A stretch of 64,000 nucleotides of DNA, taken from assembly GCA_907165135.1 (NCBI GenBank), contig OU015567.1:11098001-11162000 (forward strand). Direction: 5' to 3'. The notes below the pieces were generated by a model. The model did not search any database. It saw only the letters and a list, made by a program, of their open reading frames with translations, and was not told the DNA's origin. This DNA is from Oikopleura dioica. Taxonomy: Eukaryota > Animalia > Chordata. Positions 1-13,016 of this stretch are shown in pieces; position 1 is the stretch's first letter; each line of letters begins with the position of its first letter. The position numbers were made by a program, and so were the translations under genes.

Positions 1-260
1 TTACCGGTCGAGTATGGAGAGGTACAGCCTTTGGGGGATACAAATCCCGTGATTCGGTTCCCAAGCTTGTGGAAGAATATCTCGCTGGTGACATGAAACT
101 TGACGAATTTGTCACTGGTCATATGCCGCTCACAGAAATCAACCAGGTATGAATCCTTTATCCTTACTTCTAGTAAGACTTGTTCCATACCTGACTATTT
201 CTTTAGGCTTTCGAAGATATGCATGCTGGCCGAGCTCTGCGTACGATCATCGACTTGTAA
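1..260 (+). CDS. ADH5: Class III alcohol dehydrogenase (formaldehyde/GSNO dehydrogenase), last two exons, 5'-partial
   Basis: Exon to 146 reads [53 protein letters not shown] intron spans 147-206. Exon 207-260 reads [17 protein letters not shown]. This matches the recalled class III ADH C-terminus (GRTWKGTAFGG...SVPKLV...DEFVT). AATAAA follows at ~364 and ~379. Confidence 0.93.
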
Positions 261-422
261 ACAAGTCGCTAGAAACATTTCCTTCTTCAGTTTTTTATCA
301 CCGCAAACGTATTCATGATTCATGTCCACTTTTGAAAACAGTTCCTGATTGAAATATTAGTTCAATAAATTTGCTCCAATAAAAATTGTCGTAACACGCA
401 TCGTATTCAGCATTCATGTAAA

Positions 423-3400
423 ATGACAGAGCCGAGGTGGATAAATATTCGAGTCAAAATGCTTGCGGGCGAAGATCATGAGGTGAAAATAATGAACACT
501 TCTAGCATCGGAGCTCTGAAGGAAGATCTCCAAGAGAAAACGGGAACTCCGCCAAGTCGCCAAAGGATAATTTTCCAAGGCCGAGAGCTCAGTGATAGAT
601 CCGCCATTGCCTCGTGTGGTCTTCAGGATGGCTCAGTTGTCCATTGTGTTTCTAACGCTCCTCCGTCTAATGATACGTCTACCAGTACTCAGGAACAGTC
701 TCCATGAATAGTTTTCCCTTCGAGCGGGAAATCCCAACAGTGGAAGATTTTTATTTCCATTGAGGAATCTGCAACTTTATGGAAACTTTTATAAGGCACA
801 GGCTGCTGCTCCATCTCAAGCTCGCGTGGAAATGCACCGCGCTGTGACACTTTTTGTCGCAGCTGCATCGCGTCTAGACAACCGCCAGACAAGTTCGATA
901 ACAACTGACACAACAGATCGAAGTATGAACGATATGGACGCACTAGCCACGAACATGGAAGATTTGGCTCGTGGAATGGACAATCTGCCAGCAAGTTTGA
1001 GATCTCTTGCTCTGGGGCTGAGAGCTGATACGCCTTCTGATTTTGAAGCGTTGGAAGCTGATTTTCGTAATGCATCCAGTGCACTCATGCGTCTTGGAAC
1101 AGCAGCGTCGCGTATGTCTAGCGCAAGAATCAATTGGTCCGCTCCGCCACCTAGAACTGTTGAGTACCGACAGACTCGTGTGTCCCGAAATCAAGGCGCG
1201 AGAGGCGCAGGAGGCAATTCAGCAGGAATAGTCATTCCGGTCAGCGTCACTGCTAACGCAAATGGGCAAGACTCAGATGATATTCTCGGAAATATCCGTG
1301 CTCAAATTGAAAATGGCTTGCAAGGAGCTCTAGCAAATGCGAATGCTTCGATTCAAGAACGTCTAGCGGGAACAGGGTAAGTCAACGTATGAGAATCTGA
1401 TAATAATCATTTGAAATAAGGACGAGAGCTGCGGAGTTAAACGCTCAACTCGACCGACACATCCAGCAGCACACACAGATGCTAGACCAAGTGAATCAAC
1501 TACGTGACCACTTGCCATCGGCAGCTAGCACGGCACAAACAACACAAGAGACGAGTTCGACTACTACTTCATCATCTAGTCCATCAAATAACCAAACTAA
1601 TGGACAACAAGCTACACTTCAAGCGCAAGTTATTTCAATGGTGAATAGGCTTGGCGCGATTGATGGTGAAGAAGGCGACGACCGACTTGGTGGTATAAAT
1701 GCGAACATCACAATCAACGCACAAGTTACACCAAATATTCACATTCGAATCGTTCCACCAAGCATGGCCATGGAGCCTGTTCGAAACAACCGTGGAGAAG
1801 AAGCAACTTTCCATGCTTCGAGTGCCGAAGATGCGACTCGAAGGGCAACAGGTCTTTCAGCAGATATTATCGAGCAAATAACTGCGTCTGTGAATAATAA
1901 TGCTCAAACTGGAAGCCCAATTGTAATTGGTAATTTCGAAGGTGTTGAATATTATTTTTTAATTTCAAATAGAGTGCGAAAACACCGATACAAACGGAGA
2001 AGTTGGTCGTGTAATTGGAGAAGCCCTCAGTCAGACTTTCGACAACTTGACGAACCCACAAAATATTACAACAAGAGATGGCGTAGACGTAGTCGGACAG
2101 CCCTTCAACGAACGTGAAGCCGCATTATTAGAAGCAGCTCAAATAAGGCCTTCTTCGACGAGAAATTCTTCAAGAAACTCTTCGAGAAACTCCTCAAGAA
2201 GAAGCCATTCGCCGTTGTCCCCAGCCGCTGATATCAGTGGCCCTGATGTCGCTACGTTTTCTCAAGGAGGGGTAGGATCTATTTTATTTCTCGTTGAACT
2301 AATAATTTCAAGGTAATTATTCGTTTCAAAGAAGTTGACCTTGAAATGCGACTAATTGACTGGATCGGAAGTGAAATCGGAAACAACCCTACACTTCTTC
2401 CATTCCGATCGTCAATTGAGTCAATTCACATGCGTGAGGTCGTTGCCATTTTTGACCGGCAAGATGCGTCTGAAAACTTGCAAGGCATCTTCCGAAAGAT
2501 CGTCATGTTCGCTGGAATTTTGGAAGGAGGAATGCCCGGCATGTTCAGACTTTTCTTTGGCGACGAGATGTTGAAAAAGGGAAAGAAAGATATTGACGTG
2601 ATCGAGTCAAATATGAGGTAATAAAATATATTCTTTATTATGTGATAATATGCGCTTGAAGCCTCCTCCGTCATACCCTGCGTCTTCTCAAAGAAACAGT
2701 TCATAACCGCGAACAACTCGGAAAGACGCTGCGAAACTTCGCCAAAAAGTTCGTCAAGCTCAACTGCGAAATATTCCAAAGTAAACGTGATTTCATTCTC
2801 CATGCTGCCAGTTTTGCTAAAGCAAGTAATGGTTACGGAGTCCGGAGGAGAGAAATGTTTGAAAATGCTATTTATATTGCTTCCGTCAGTGACGATAAAG
2901 ACCTGCTTATCGATGGATATGTGATGGATAGTAAGAGAGAACAAGATAAATCCTTTGATAAATATTTTCTCAGTTCAAGAGACTCCAGTGAAATTAGAAA
3001 CAGAAAAGCCTGCCACAGAGCCGGTTGATGACGGTCTCATGGAGGACGACATCGACTCAGATCATGATGATATGGTTAAAGAATCCAAAGCAGTGGCAAA
3101 GAGCCCCGCTCAATCATTATCTTCAGCCTCTTCACAGTCGAGTGCACCGGGAAGTCGGAAGATTTCTACTGATAAACCGAAAGGTAAGTTAACGAGAAAC
3201 TTGCTTCCCTTTGACTTTGTGAAAGATATTGGTGATTTAATCATCACATATAATTGTTTGGACTTCCTTTCTTGATAAAAATTTAGCCGAAACGATAACA
3301 GATGAATGTCTTCCAAAAGAGTGGCGCCCGATCGTATCGAGAGATGCTCATATTGTGAGAGGTACCCTCAAAGCGTCATCTGATTTTATCTTTACTACTA

Positions 3401-3488
3401 TACTTCAGAGCATAGCCAAAATTCTTCAAGAAAAAACGTCAAGCTATCCGCCGCTTATCGAGCGGGAATGCCTTCAAAACGCCCATGA
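423..3488 (+). CDS. BAG6: BAG6/Scythe/BAT3-like protein, paralogue A (multi-exon)
   Basis: N-terminal ubiquitin-like domain (IRVKML...LKEDLQEKTGTPPSRQRIIFQGREL) and a long low-complexity middle. The spliced C-terminus LPKEWRPIVSRDAHIVREHSQNSSRKNVKLSAAYRAGMPSKRP* (exons ~3287-3361, 3409-3488) aligns with BAG6 VPPEWVPIIQQD...LSDAYLSGMPAKRRK. Internal exon boundaries were inferred by eye. Confidence 0.82.
2161..2205 (+). repeat. Short coding tandem repeat (12-nt unit, ~3.5 copies) encoding RNSS-RNSS-RNSS-RRS
   Basis: agaaattcttca agaaactcttcg agaaactcctca agaagaagc inside a BAG6-A exon. Confidence 0.8.
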
Positions 3489-3609
3489 GTTCACGATGCA
3501 ATCAAACATTTACTAGATATGATCACTTACTGTAAAATTTCTATAAAACAAAAATAAAACTTTATACTTGCCTGACTAAAAGCCTTCATGTTCATCGAAA
3601 ACCACTAGA

Positions 3610-6600
3610 ATGGGCGAGTTTACGATACGAGTGAAAACGCTCGACGGTCAGACAAACGAAGTGACTCTTGTCGACACCTCGACCGTACTCCAGCTCAAGG
3701 AGCTGATCGAGAAAAAGACTCAAATCGCGAAAAACCGGCAAAAAATCATCTATCGGGGGCGAGTGCTCACAGACAACCTCTTACTGAAAGATCAGGCTGA
3801 TATAAATGGATCTGCAGTTCACGTAGTCGACTCAAATAGAGTTGTAAATTCAAGGGCAGATCAGACCAGGCAACAGCCAAATGGGTCAGGCAGCAGCAGA
3901 AGCAGAAATTCTGATCGACCAAGAGGACGAGAACGCTACAGAACTTCGCATAGGACTTCTGCTGCAAGGGAAGGACTACGAAGTCGACTCTATTCAATGG
4001 AAACTTGGCTCGCTCGCTTCGAAGGTTCTCTTACGGCTTTAGATAGAGGTGCTACTCCAGAAGACTCTCGGCAATTCGCAAATGAGCCAGACCCGCCAAA
4101 TCCGGCCGAGATGAACAATCCTATTCCGGTGACAGATCTCGCATCAATTGTAAATCGCGCTGCTGACAGCATTGAACGCTTTCCAGCTGCTCTGAGACGT
4201 CTACACACGTTCATATCCGACGATCCGTTGTTAGCATCTCGTAATTCTACGGAATTCACTGAAGCTCGATCACTTGTTCAAAATGCAATGGATGCCTCAC
4301 GATATTTACATCAATTCGCGCAGGTACAAACCAATCAAGAATTCTTTATAAATAAGGATGTTTAGATCTTCTCCAGCTTGATCATTCCGCTAGGAGAAGT
4401 CCCTCCGAGAAATTTGAATATCATCCAGCAGGGAAATTATCGCTTGCCCCCGAATATTCTTCTGGCTCCTAGGAATGTGATATATTCATCATTATTTGAG
4501 AATCAACATTTTCCGAATAAAAATTATCATATTTGAAGCAATCAAGCGGGATTGCTCGGTTCTCTTATGGCATTTGAAGGTCCAGCTGGAGGGTCTCAAG
4601 GTGATGAGTCCATGACTGGTTCAAGTGCTGACGCTACATCAAGTACTGTCTAGTTAAAAACGTACTTGTTAATTGCTTTCCTTTTATAGTATTCACGAAT
4701 CCACCGCAGCTGCTGATTTCAGAGCAAATCCCCTTTCCAACGCAAGGAGTGTCGCAACTGGCGCAGCAAAGACTAGCCGAGCAGTTCAATCGTTTCCGAG
4801 CTTCGATGCCGGACCCAATTATTCCAGTCGTTGGAGTTAACTCTGCTGCTCCCGCCTCCGGAGGTCCACCAGCAGCTCCAGCACCAACACCAGCTGCTGC
4901 TCCACCACCCGCTTCTGAACAAACGCAACAACAGCAGCAACCATCAGCTGCAGCGCCAAATAATCAAGCAACAACGGCGAATATAAATATCACAGCGAGT
5001 ATCACGCCAAATGTACAAATAAATATCCGCCTTCCTCGCGAATCGTCTCGAGCGAGACCATCTGGTGCTGCCAGTCGCAGAGTTGTGCCCAGAAATGAAG
5101 CTAATGGCACCTCGACAGCTGCTCCAGCTGCTAGTAACGGGAGTGAAGGTAACCGGACATCTACTGCAGCGCCGCCACCACCTCCGGTAATGCCTGATCA
5201 TTTGTCCTCAATGCTTCCTCGTGATATCTTGAACGAGATCACCAGATCTGTCAATAGGTGAAACTCATCATATTTTATGGAGTAATATTGTTCCTTTAGA
5301 TTCAATTCTTCTGGCGATCCCGTTGTTATTGAATCTATGGGCCAGCCGAATCAAGAAGTGGGAAGAATAGTCGGCGAAGCGGTATTCCAAACATTGCAAA
5401 ACCTCTATTCCAGCGATCAAAGACCTGGAACAAGTTCAATTGAAGTTCTTGCTTCTCGCATGCCCCCTCAACACTCTGCAAGAGGCGAATCTCAGCCAAT
5501 GCAATGGAACCAACCAACACAGTTACCAGTTGACACACCACCAGTAAATTTGTCAAATGGAAGTTTCGGGAGCAACCCGCCAAGGCGAACAAGACAGGCT
5601 CCTCGACAAGCGCCCTCTCCCCCTGATTTCGACAGCTTCCAGTTCACTGCAAAAAATAATGAAACGTTGATGGGTTTCCTCTTCGGCGAAGTTGAGGATA
5701 GCTGTCGAAAGACTGGAATGTCTGGAGAAGAAGCGAGCCTTTGGGATAAGATAGTTCAGCATGTTCAAATCTTCAAACTTCCGCTAAAAGCTGCATTAGA
5801 GTATGCTCTTTGCATTTATTCCCAAATAAATTAAATTTTCAGCCTTTTTGCGAACAAATCCAGCTGCCGGAAAGAATTCAAAGACTTGGTTAGCTTGATC
5901 AAGTCGAACAAAGATCATGTGACCGCTGCATTCAAAGCTTTTATTGAAAGGATTTTTGCGAATGAAGCTCCAATTGCTGAAGCTAATATTCTCGAATCTA
6001 ATTTGAGGTGAGGTATTATATTCAAGCCTTTAATTTCAAGGGAATCGATTGTCTAGGATGAGGGCCATTTAAAGGAATTTATTTTCAAGTGGAAACATGA
6101 AGCAGTTTATATAGATGGGTTGTCGTTGAGCCAAGATGATTTATAGAGACCGTCCAGAGAAATCCTCTTTGTCGGGAAGTAGCACAGCAGCCTGTCTAAC
6201 ATTTCTCGACTCGTATTCGTCAGTTTTATCTCTCTTCTGAAATTTCGCCTGTGCTGACCCATGTTGACCTCAAATTCACCACAGAGCAGAAAGTACAGTA
6301 GCGCGCCCATAGACCACACAAGCATTTTCTCACTGTCAAATTCATTGAAAGTGAAACATTCGGGCGGGAAGAAGTCCAGAGTACCGGCGACATTTTGATC
6401 GGCTAAGTGCGAGAAGGTTGCGCAGCCGAAGTCGATGAGTTTGATGTCGAAGGAGTTTTTCGAGATGAGAATGTTGTCGGGTTTGATATCGCGATGGATG
6501 ATCCCGTTGTCGTGTAGCTCACGCAGGCACTAAAAACGAGGGATCAACACACGCTATTTTGAGATCATGGGTTTACAAGTGACAAGGCGCTGCCTGTTCT

Positions 6601-9476
6601 CTAAATTTATTAAAAATACGTAGTGAAGGTGGCAATGCAAAAGTATTGTTGTCATCGCCTCATTCAGATCAAACGAAGGTCGTTTAGGCATAATATCAAA
6701 CATGAGTAAGGATCTTGAGGGTTCACACCTTTTAACTCTGACTAAGAAGGATGAATTCTCGCTCAAGATAATGTAAAACTTCATACCCTTACGTACATAC
6801 CTCCGTAAGCTGACAAAATATGCTTCGGGCTAAATCTTCTGGTAAGCAGCCTCCTGGAAATCCAGTGGCGAATTGTCGTAAATTCACGACATCGCTGGGG
6901 TTTTCCATCACTAACACGTAGGAGTCGTCCTTCTCAATCCAGTCTAAGGGAGTCACGACGAAGGAGGATATTTTCGACGCAAGTAGTTGGAAGTAAATCT
7001 CCTGAAAATTATATTAAATTTGTTATTTTTTCTTTGACAATTCTTATCACAAAACTAATAATCTGAACTAACGAGAAAGTGAAAATAAATTCCGTTCTGA
7101 CTATCCTAATCCATCGTAATCTTCATTTCCATTTTTTTAAGATATTCTCAGCCTCATACTACCCAAAGCCGCAGTTTCCGGAAAATATAAATATGGAACA
7201 TCTTTGCACACTCTAACATATGATGATTAAAGATTATTTTACCTGTGGGCATCTTCTTCTCCCGTAATCGTAATACTTCGTTATCGTCTTTTTTGGTATT
7301 TGCTTGAGTATTACTGGTATTCCTCTCTTACATCTGCCAGTATACACGAGACTGTTAGGAGATCTGGCAATAAGATCTATAGCTTCGTAGCTATTTTGTA
7401 TTGTCATTTTTTTGCCTTCTGAAGTGGTGACATAACGAAAAGATTTAAGTCCCCTTCCTCGACTAGCGCCTCACACGTCGAAAGGTCAATATCAAGCTTC
7501 TTCCGTCTATTCATCTTTTGCCTCGTTTTTCCTAGACACATTCCGTGCATAATTCATGATGGCAGAATTGGGTAATATTGCATTTCAGCTTCAGCTCATA
7601 TGTTTACACAATGAGTTTTTCTTTTGAAAATAACCGTAGTTACGGAAAGGGAAAGCCGAAATTGCGTTGAGTATAATAATCAATTTCAATTTGAAATCTA
7701 CCCTCATCTTTTAGTTTTTATACTTTGAAGGGAAGTTTCAAAGGCTTACGAATGGTGGCAATCTAGAACGAGTATGAAAATGGTATATGATTGAATCTTA
7801 GACAAGAAAAAAGATCTGGATAATAAAAAGCATTGATCTATTGAATTGATATGCTTCTGGAAGGAAAGAGGGGAACTTTGTTCTGAGTTTTAAAATTACA
7901 TATATTTGCGTCACGTTCCTTATTTTGATTTCTCTTTTCTGAGAGTAATTTTTGATCGCATTGGATTGTATTTGGATTGCTACAGTAATAAGACGCAATG
8001 CTAGACTCGGGATCCCTAGAAATCTGCACTTGAAAAACTTGAAAATATTTGCAGAAAGAGCAACTGTTTTTGATTGCAGGTTAAATAGAAGGCACTTGAC
8101 GATCTCTCACTATAAATTTATCGCTTTACAAATGTTTTAAATGTCCTGAGAATATCTTCTGCCCACCGTTGACGCAAAACCGAGTTAATTATCCTCACGA
8201 GTAGCTTTTTCCAACAATGTTTTCAATTACAAGAAGATGCTCAAATGGAATTCGTGGATTTGAACTTGGGTCCGCGCGTTTGCCGGACGTCTACCTAATC
8301 CATCTCTTTCCTAACGAGCCACGCAAACGTTCAGAATTCATCTTAATTTAGAAAAAGTTAATCGCCTTTCCAAGACGCTTTCCTTTTTTCATTCATGGCC
8401 AGAGTGAACCTATTACAGAAATGCCACCGTTCCATGTTCTAAAATGTTCACTGCAATTATTCTGAATTGAATTGACTCGTTTCAATTGACAAGTTATATA
8501 TATTTTTCTGGTAAGCACAGTATTCAATTTTCTGTTTTCTGCTTGTGAGCAAGCTTGGTGTAGCCCCAGATGAGGATGATAGCGATGATGACCAGAAAAA
8601 TTGTTGCACGGGTCGCAAGGCTGACAAGTCGGTTAACAGTGGTGATTTCCTTCATTGTTTCGATGAAGCTGGAATTGCGGGTGTTCTCCTTATTGATGTT
8701 CAGATTTATTCGATTTTTATTCATTTATTTCTGGAATAAATAAAGTATTGTAACATTTTCCGTATGTTCGTCGTTTCTTGAGTCATTCAAAGTTTCATCG
8801 TGAGAATGAGATTCACTTTCAAGGACCTACTGTGTCGTTTAGTGGAGTAGATATTCGTTAAATGAACCTGGTAGCCGGATTCTTGGTGGTTCGTCATGCT
8901 CTCTTGAGTTTTTTCGAATTTTCAGATTTAGAGAAAAATGAGCCGATCTTCAAAGTTTATGTTTTGCAAATTTTCAAAAACAACTTTAGCCTCCTGCGCC
9001 GATTTCTTTTCGAACTCGACGTCGGCAATCCCGATCCGGAGCTCGTCTCCGCATTGCCCAGATTTGTGACCAGATGGACGGCCCTAAACTGCGAAATATT
9101 GCGCGGCGGATCTACTGCCATGATGGAATGCATTGCCAGGAACTTTACGCTGGGAAAAGAGTTCAGAAAGAATTTAATACAATTTATGTTCCTGGCAATG
9201 CGTAAAAGCGATTCTATAGATGGATATGTCCTATCAGGTGATAAAGCTTTCGATTTCTTGCGCTCAATTTATTTCCTAGAAAAACCTGAAGTACTGAATC
9301 AAGAAACCATTGATTCTTCCGCTCAAATATCAAAAGATACACCAGCTGGAGAAAAAAGAAAACGGGAAAGTAAGTTATCATTATTCTTTCTTGATTTAAT
9401 AGTTTTTAATAAAGAAGAGCAAATGGCTGCTGCTGAAGAAGCAAAGAAACAGAAACTTTCAAAGAAAATAGATTAA
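3610..9476 (+). CDS. BAG6: BAG6/Scythe-like protein, paralogue B (multi-exon; 2982-nt intron 6008-8989 hosts a nested antisense gene)
   Basis: UBL domain ([13 protein letters not shown]...[11 protein letters not shown]). It shares [18 protein letters not shown] with A (NANITINAQVTPNIHIRI). Exon ...ESNL-AG|gt (6007) joins tttag|c ctc ctg cgc (8990) to give SLLRRFL...LNCEIL...IDGYV, matching A's SLLRHTL...LNCEIF...IDGYV at the same intron position and phase. Confidence 0.78.
6107..7407 (-). CDS. PIM-like Ser/Thr kinase, 3 exons (7407-7243, 7001-6801, 6529-6107), ~262 aa, nested antisense in the BAG6-B intron
   Basis: The spliced frame has [21 protein letters not shown] (PIM-type E-x-P hinge), [24 protein letters not shown] and VWSMG. 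Both introns are GT-AG, phase 0. The start codon choice is inferred (an in-frame stop lies upstream). Confidence 0.85.
8524..8724 (-). CDS. Possible small single-pass membrane peptide (sORF) inside the BAG6-B intron
   Basis: 66-aa ORF with one hydrophobic stretch ([16 protein letters not shown]) followed by a basic tail; an AG lies just upstream. No family recognised. Confidence 0.25.
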   Translation of the reverse strand: MNKNRINLNINKENTRNSSFIETMKEITTVNRLVSLATRATIFLVIIAIILIWGYTKLAHKQKTEN

Positions 9477-9925
9477 CTATATATCCGAAATTGCCTTTTT
9501 ATTAACTCGACATTTAGCACTATGATTAAATACTATTGAAAAATAAAAATAATTATTTTCTGCCATCTGCTATATGTATTAAATGGACTTTTTCCTAGTC
9601 TACTTGTGAGGATAATCAATTTTACTGATGATCAAAAAGAAGCTTAGTTTTTTTCCAAATTAAAAAGATAAGATTCAAGTTGTTGCTATTTTTCTGTTTT
9701 GTAACTTTATTGGTATAGATTTCCTAAATCAATTTACGATTATCATTCAAGCGCGATGATCATTTCACATGTGACATGTCAAGATACTGAAATTACAGTT
9801 ATTTATAATGCGTACTGTTCCAAACTTGACCGTCCTCAAACTTGGCCCATCTTGAGCAGCCATGTTCAGAAATGCAGTAGAACTGGACAGTACCATTGTG
9901 GTATTGGAAAACAAACGATGCTAAC

Positions 9926-12900
9926 ATGAGCGGATGGGCCGATACGTCGACCTCGGCGGCGATTCAGTCCGAAATCTGCCGCTTCGAATCCGTCCACCCA
10001 AATATCTATGCAGTCTATGAGCTTTTGCAGTGCGTCAGCGACCCTACTCTTCAAAATCAAATTCGCGAACATGTCATAAATATTGAAGACTCGTTTGTTA
10101 ACTCGCAAGAATGGACCATTTCCAGGGCTGTGCTCGAAATACGAGTGGCAGTTATTGGAGGACTAAGAAGCGGGAAAAGGTTAGTTCGGAATATTTTCGA
10201 TTGATATGTGAAATTCATATTTAGATTGAATAAGAATTCATTGAATTGATTCAAATATAATCCTGAATAATTACGAATTTCTTTTTTTGGCCTACCCGTT
10301 TTATATTTTGAGTAAGCCAGGGATGGGAGGTAAAAGAAGCGATCCCGATTATGTAAATCTCACAATATTTCATATTTTCTCTACGTTTTTCACACTTCCT
10401 TAGAAGGATGAAAATCTTTATTTATAAATTAAGTGCTTTGGTCCATCGCTATCTCACTGGAAGCTACGTTAATGACGAGTCCCCAGAAGGAGGACGATTC
10501 AAGAAAGAAGTGAACATCGAAGGCGAAAGCCATCTCTTATTAATTCGGGATGAAGCTGGCCTGCCGGATCACTCACTTTGCTCTTGGGCAGATGGTGTTT
10601 TGCTAATTTTCTCGCTTGCTGACGAAGAAAGCTTCAGACTCGTTTCAGATTACTCGCGACGCTTTGCGCATCAACGGCCGAATTTACCTTTGCTTATAAT
10701 TGGAACGCAAGACTCGTTAGGAACTCGTTGCCCGCGCGTGATCGACGATGTGCGCGCGCGTAAACTCGCCCAAGACCTCAACGGCGACTACATCGAAACC
10801 TGCGCTACTTATGGAATGAACGTCGAGCGCGTTTTCTCGGAAGTGGCTCTGAAAGTCCTCAGGCAAAGAAGCCATCTACCTAGCGCTGGGGCAGCTCAGG
10901 TTGAGCTCCCATTGTCAAGGTCGAAGATGAGTACAACGCCACTTCGAGGGCAACTTGGGCGTATTTCTTTGCAACCGAATAATGATGGAGAATCTTCAGG
11001 TCTGAAATAGTCCTGTACTCTTCAAAAAACGATAGAATGATTAATCATATTCATCATAGATGGCTCGAGCACGACTCCAAGTCATACAAACTCACGACGA
11101 CCGGTGCGTCGGAAATCCGGGAAGTCCAGTCTATTTTCCAGGCGATCCGGTGCGCTGGATGAAGTCAGTCTCAAGGTAAACTTGGTATAAATTATTCCTC
11201 TTTGCCTAATTGATCTCTTTCTATGGTGAGTCTGTGAATCTCACTCCAGCGTGGTTCACTCAATTCATTATTTGCCGTTGTCAATCACAGAAAAAGTGTT
11301 TACTTTTTGCTTTAGAGTAAAGTTAGCTACTATTCTGAATCAAAAAAGCTTGAGAGACGAAAATCCAAACTTGAAATTGCTGCATATATAGATTTAATAC
11401 GTTAGATGCGGAAGATTTTAATATGCTGTCCAAGTGTATGTCCTCCGGAATAAGCCCGATTATGTGTTTGCCACCGCGCATTCATAAAGATATATATCAA
11501 GTACTTTTTATTGCGTGCGCTTTGATAATCCTTGTCGATCATGACAGTCATCCAAGCTGAGAACGAGAATATACTTTTTGTACGGGATGAAGTATGAATG
11601 TTTGATCAGTAGACACATGTTATCTACTCTTTGATATCCTAAAATAATTTTTTTTATCCTCTTACCCTTCAACTAGAGACGAGTGGGTGCTTTAGCCCGT
11701 GTCCCGATCGTGAAGGAAGGCTGGGTTCTCAAGCGCAACAAGCAAGGTGCACCTCTCAATTCCTCCAAGAAGAAGTATCTGACACTGACAGAAGACGGAC
11801 ATTTAGCATACTATGCAAGTAAATCAGACTTTAGCGAAGACAAGGATCGCAAAGTCGTTGATGTTATTCGAACAACAGGTAATTTAAAATAGCATGCACC
11901 CCATTACAGTCACTAATTCAACTCCTAGTAAAAGTCCCTGGCAGATCCGGGCAGCCCAGCTCAAAGGGAGAAAACTCGTTTGATTTCACTGTTGTGTCTT
12001 CGTCTGGTGACCAGTGGAATTTTTCTTGTGACGCGATTGAAGATAGAGATGCCTGGGTCGAGGCTATTGAAAATATGTTCAGACAAAGGTTCTTTTTTTT
12101 GAAAAATGAAGAAATTAACTAAAGTTAAGCCTCGTTGGTACTTCTGACGTTCGATCTGTCGATTCTACACGCTCGCTGAGCTCGAATGGCTCCCAGCCGA
12201 ATTTCGACAAGCCAGGGAACAAGTTCTGCGCTGACTGTGGCATGCCCAGTCCAACATGGGCATCCTTGAATTTGGGAATTTTAATTTGCATCGAATGCTC
12301 GGGAATCCATCGAAACCTTGGAGCGCATATTTCAAGAGTGCGCTCCGTTGAGCTAGACGAATGGAGCTCAGAGCATAAGGCGATGCTTCAAGCTATTGGA
12401 AATGATGCGTTCAATAAGGGTACAGACGGAAATCATTACTTCACAAGTGAGTAATTTATTCCATTAGTATATGAACAACAGCTACGTGGAACGACCAAGC
12501 CAGACCCAAATTCCGATCGATCCGTAAAAGAAGATTTCATCTTCCAAAAATACAAGCACAAAGCTTTTATAAGTTCATCGACTTTAGAAGTAAGGTCTAA
12601 TTTTGTTGCTCTCTTTATCTCATACTTGCAGGTCTCTTCATCGAATATTTGCGACGCTGTATACAAATGTGACGTTCCCTTACTTCTCCGACTTCTAGCC
12701 TTCGCCTCGCCACAGGAACTGAACTCCGGTGGCACGGCGAGGAATGAGACCCCTCTGCATATCGCTGCTTTTCATGGCAACATTGTTTGTCTCCAGGTAC
12801 AGAAAGATCTCGAATTTCCTGAGACCGTTATTTTTTAGCTTCTTTTGTGGGCGAAAGCCTCCGCCAAAATCGTGGATTCTTCAAATCAGACTCCTATCGA

Positions 12901-13016
12901 CGTTGCACTCATCAGGGGTCATCAAGTTGCAGTTCGACTTCTTCATGTAAGTACTTGAATTTTGCCGAATTTCTTAGTGAATTCAGTTTTATGATGCCAT
13001 CACTGACCAGGTATAA
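9926..13016 (+). CDS. AGAP1: AGAP/centaurin-gamma (GTPase-like domain, PH, ArfGAP zinc finger, ankyrin repeats)
   Basis: [25 protein letters not shown]...[25 protein letters not shown]; [29 protein letters not shown]; [12 protein letters not shown]; ArfGAP CADC...[30 protein letters not shown]; [15 protein letters not shown]. Ends RLLH|FYDAITDQV*. Confidence 0.93.

Noticed and set aside
689-5768. Many minus-strand ORFs of 60-170 aa over the BAG6 genes
   Set aside because: Antisense shadows of coding exons with no motifs.
6008-6110. BAG6-B as a truncated gene ending just before the kinase
   Set aside because: Nearby acceptors give stops in the joined frame within a few codons, while the exon at 8990 restores homology to paralogue A in the right phase.
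8862-9476. Independent 204-aa orphan ORF
   Set aside because: It is the terminal part of BAG6-B. Its first ~43 codons and an internal stretch (~9370-9413) are intronic.
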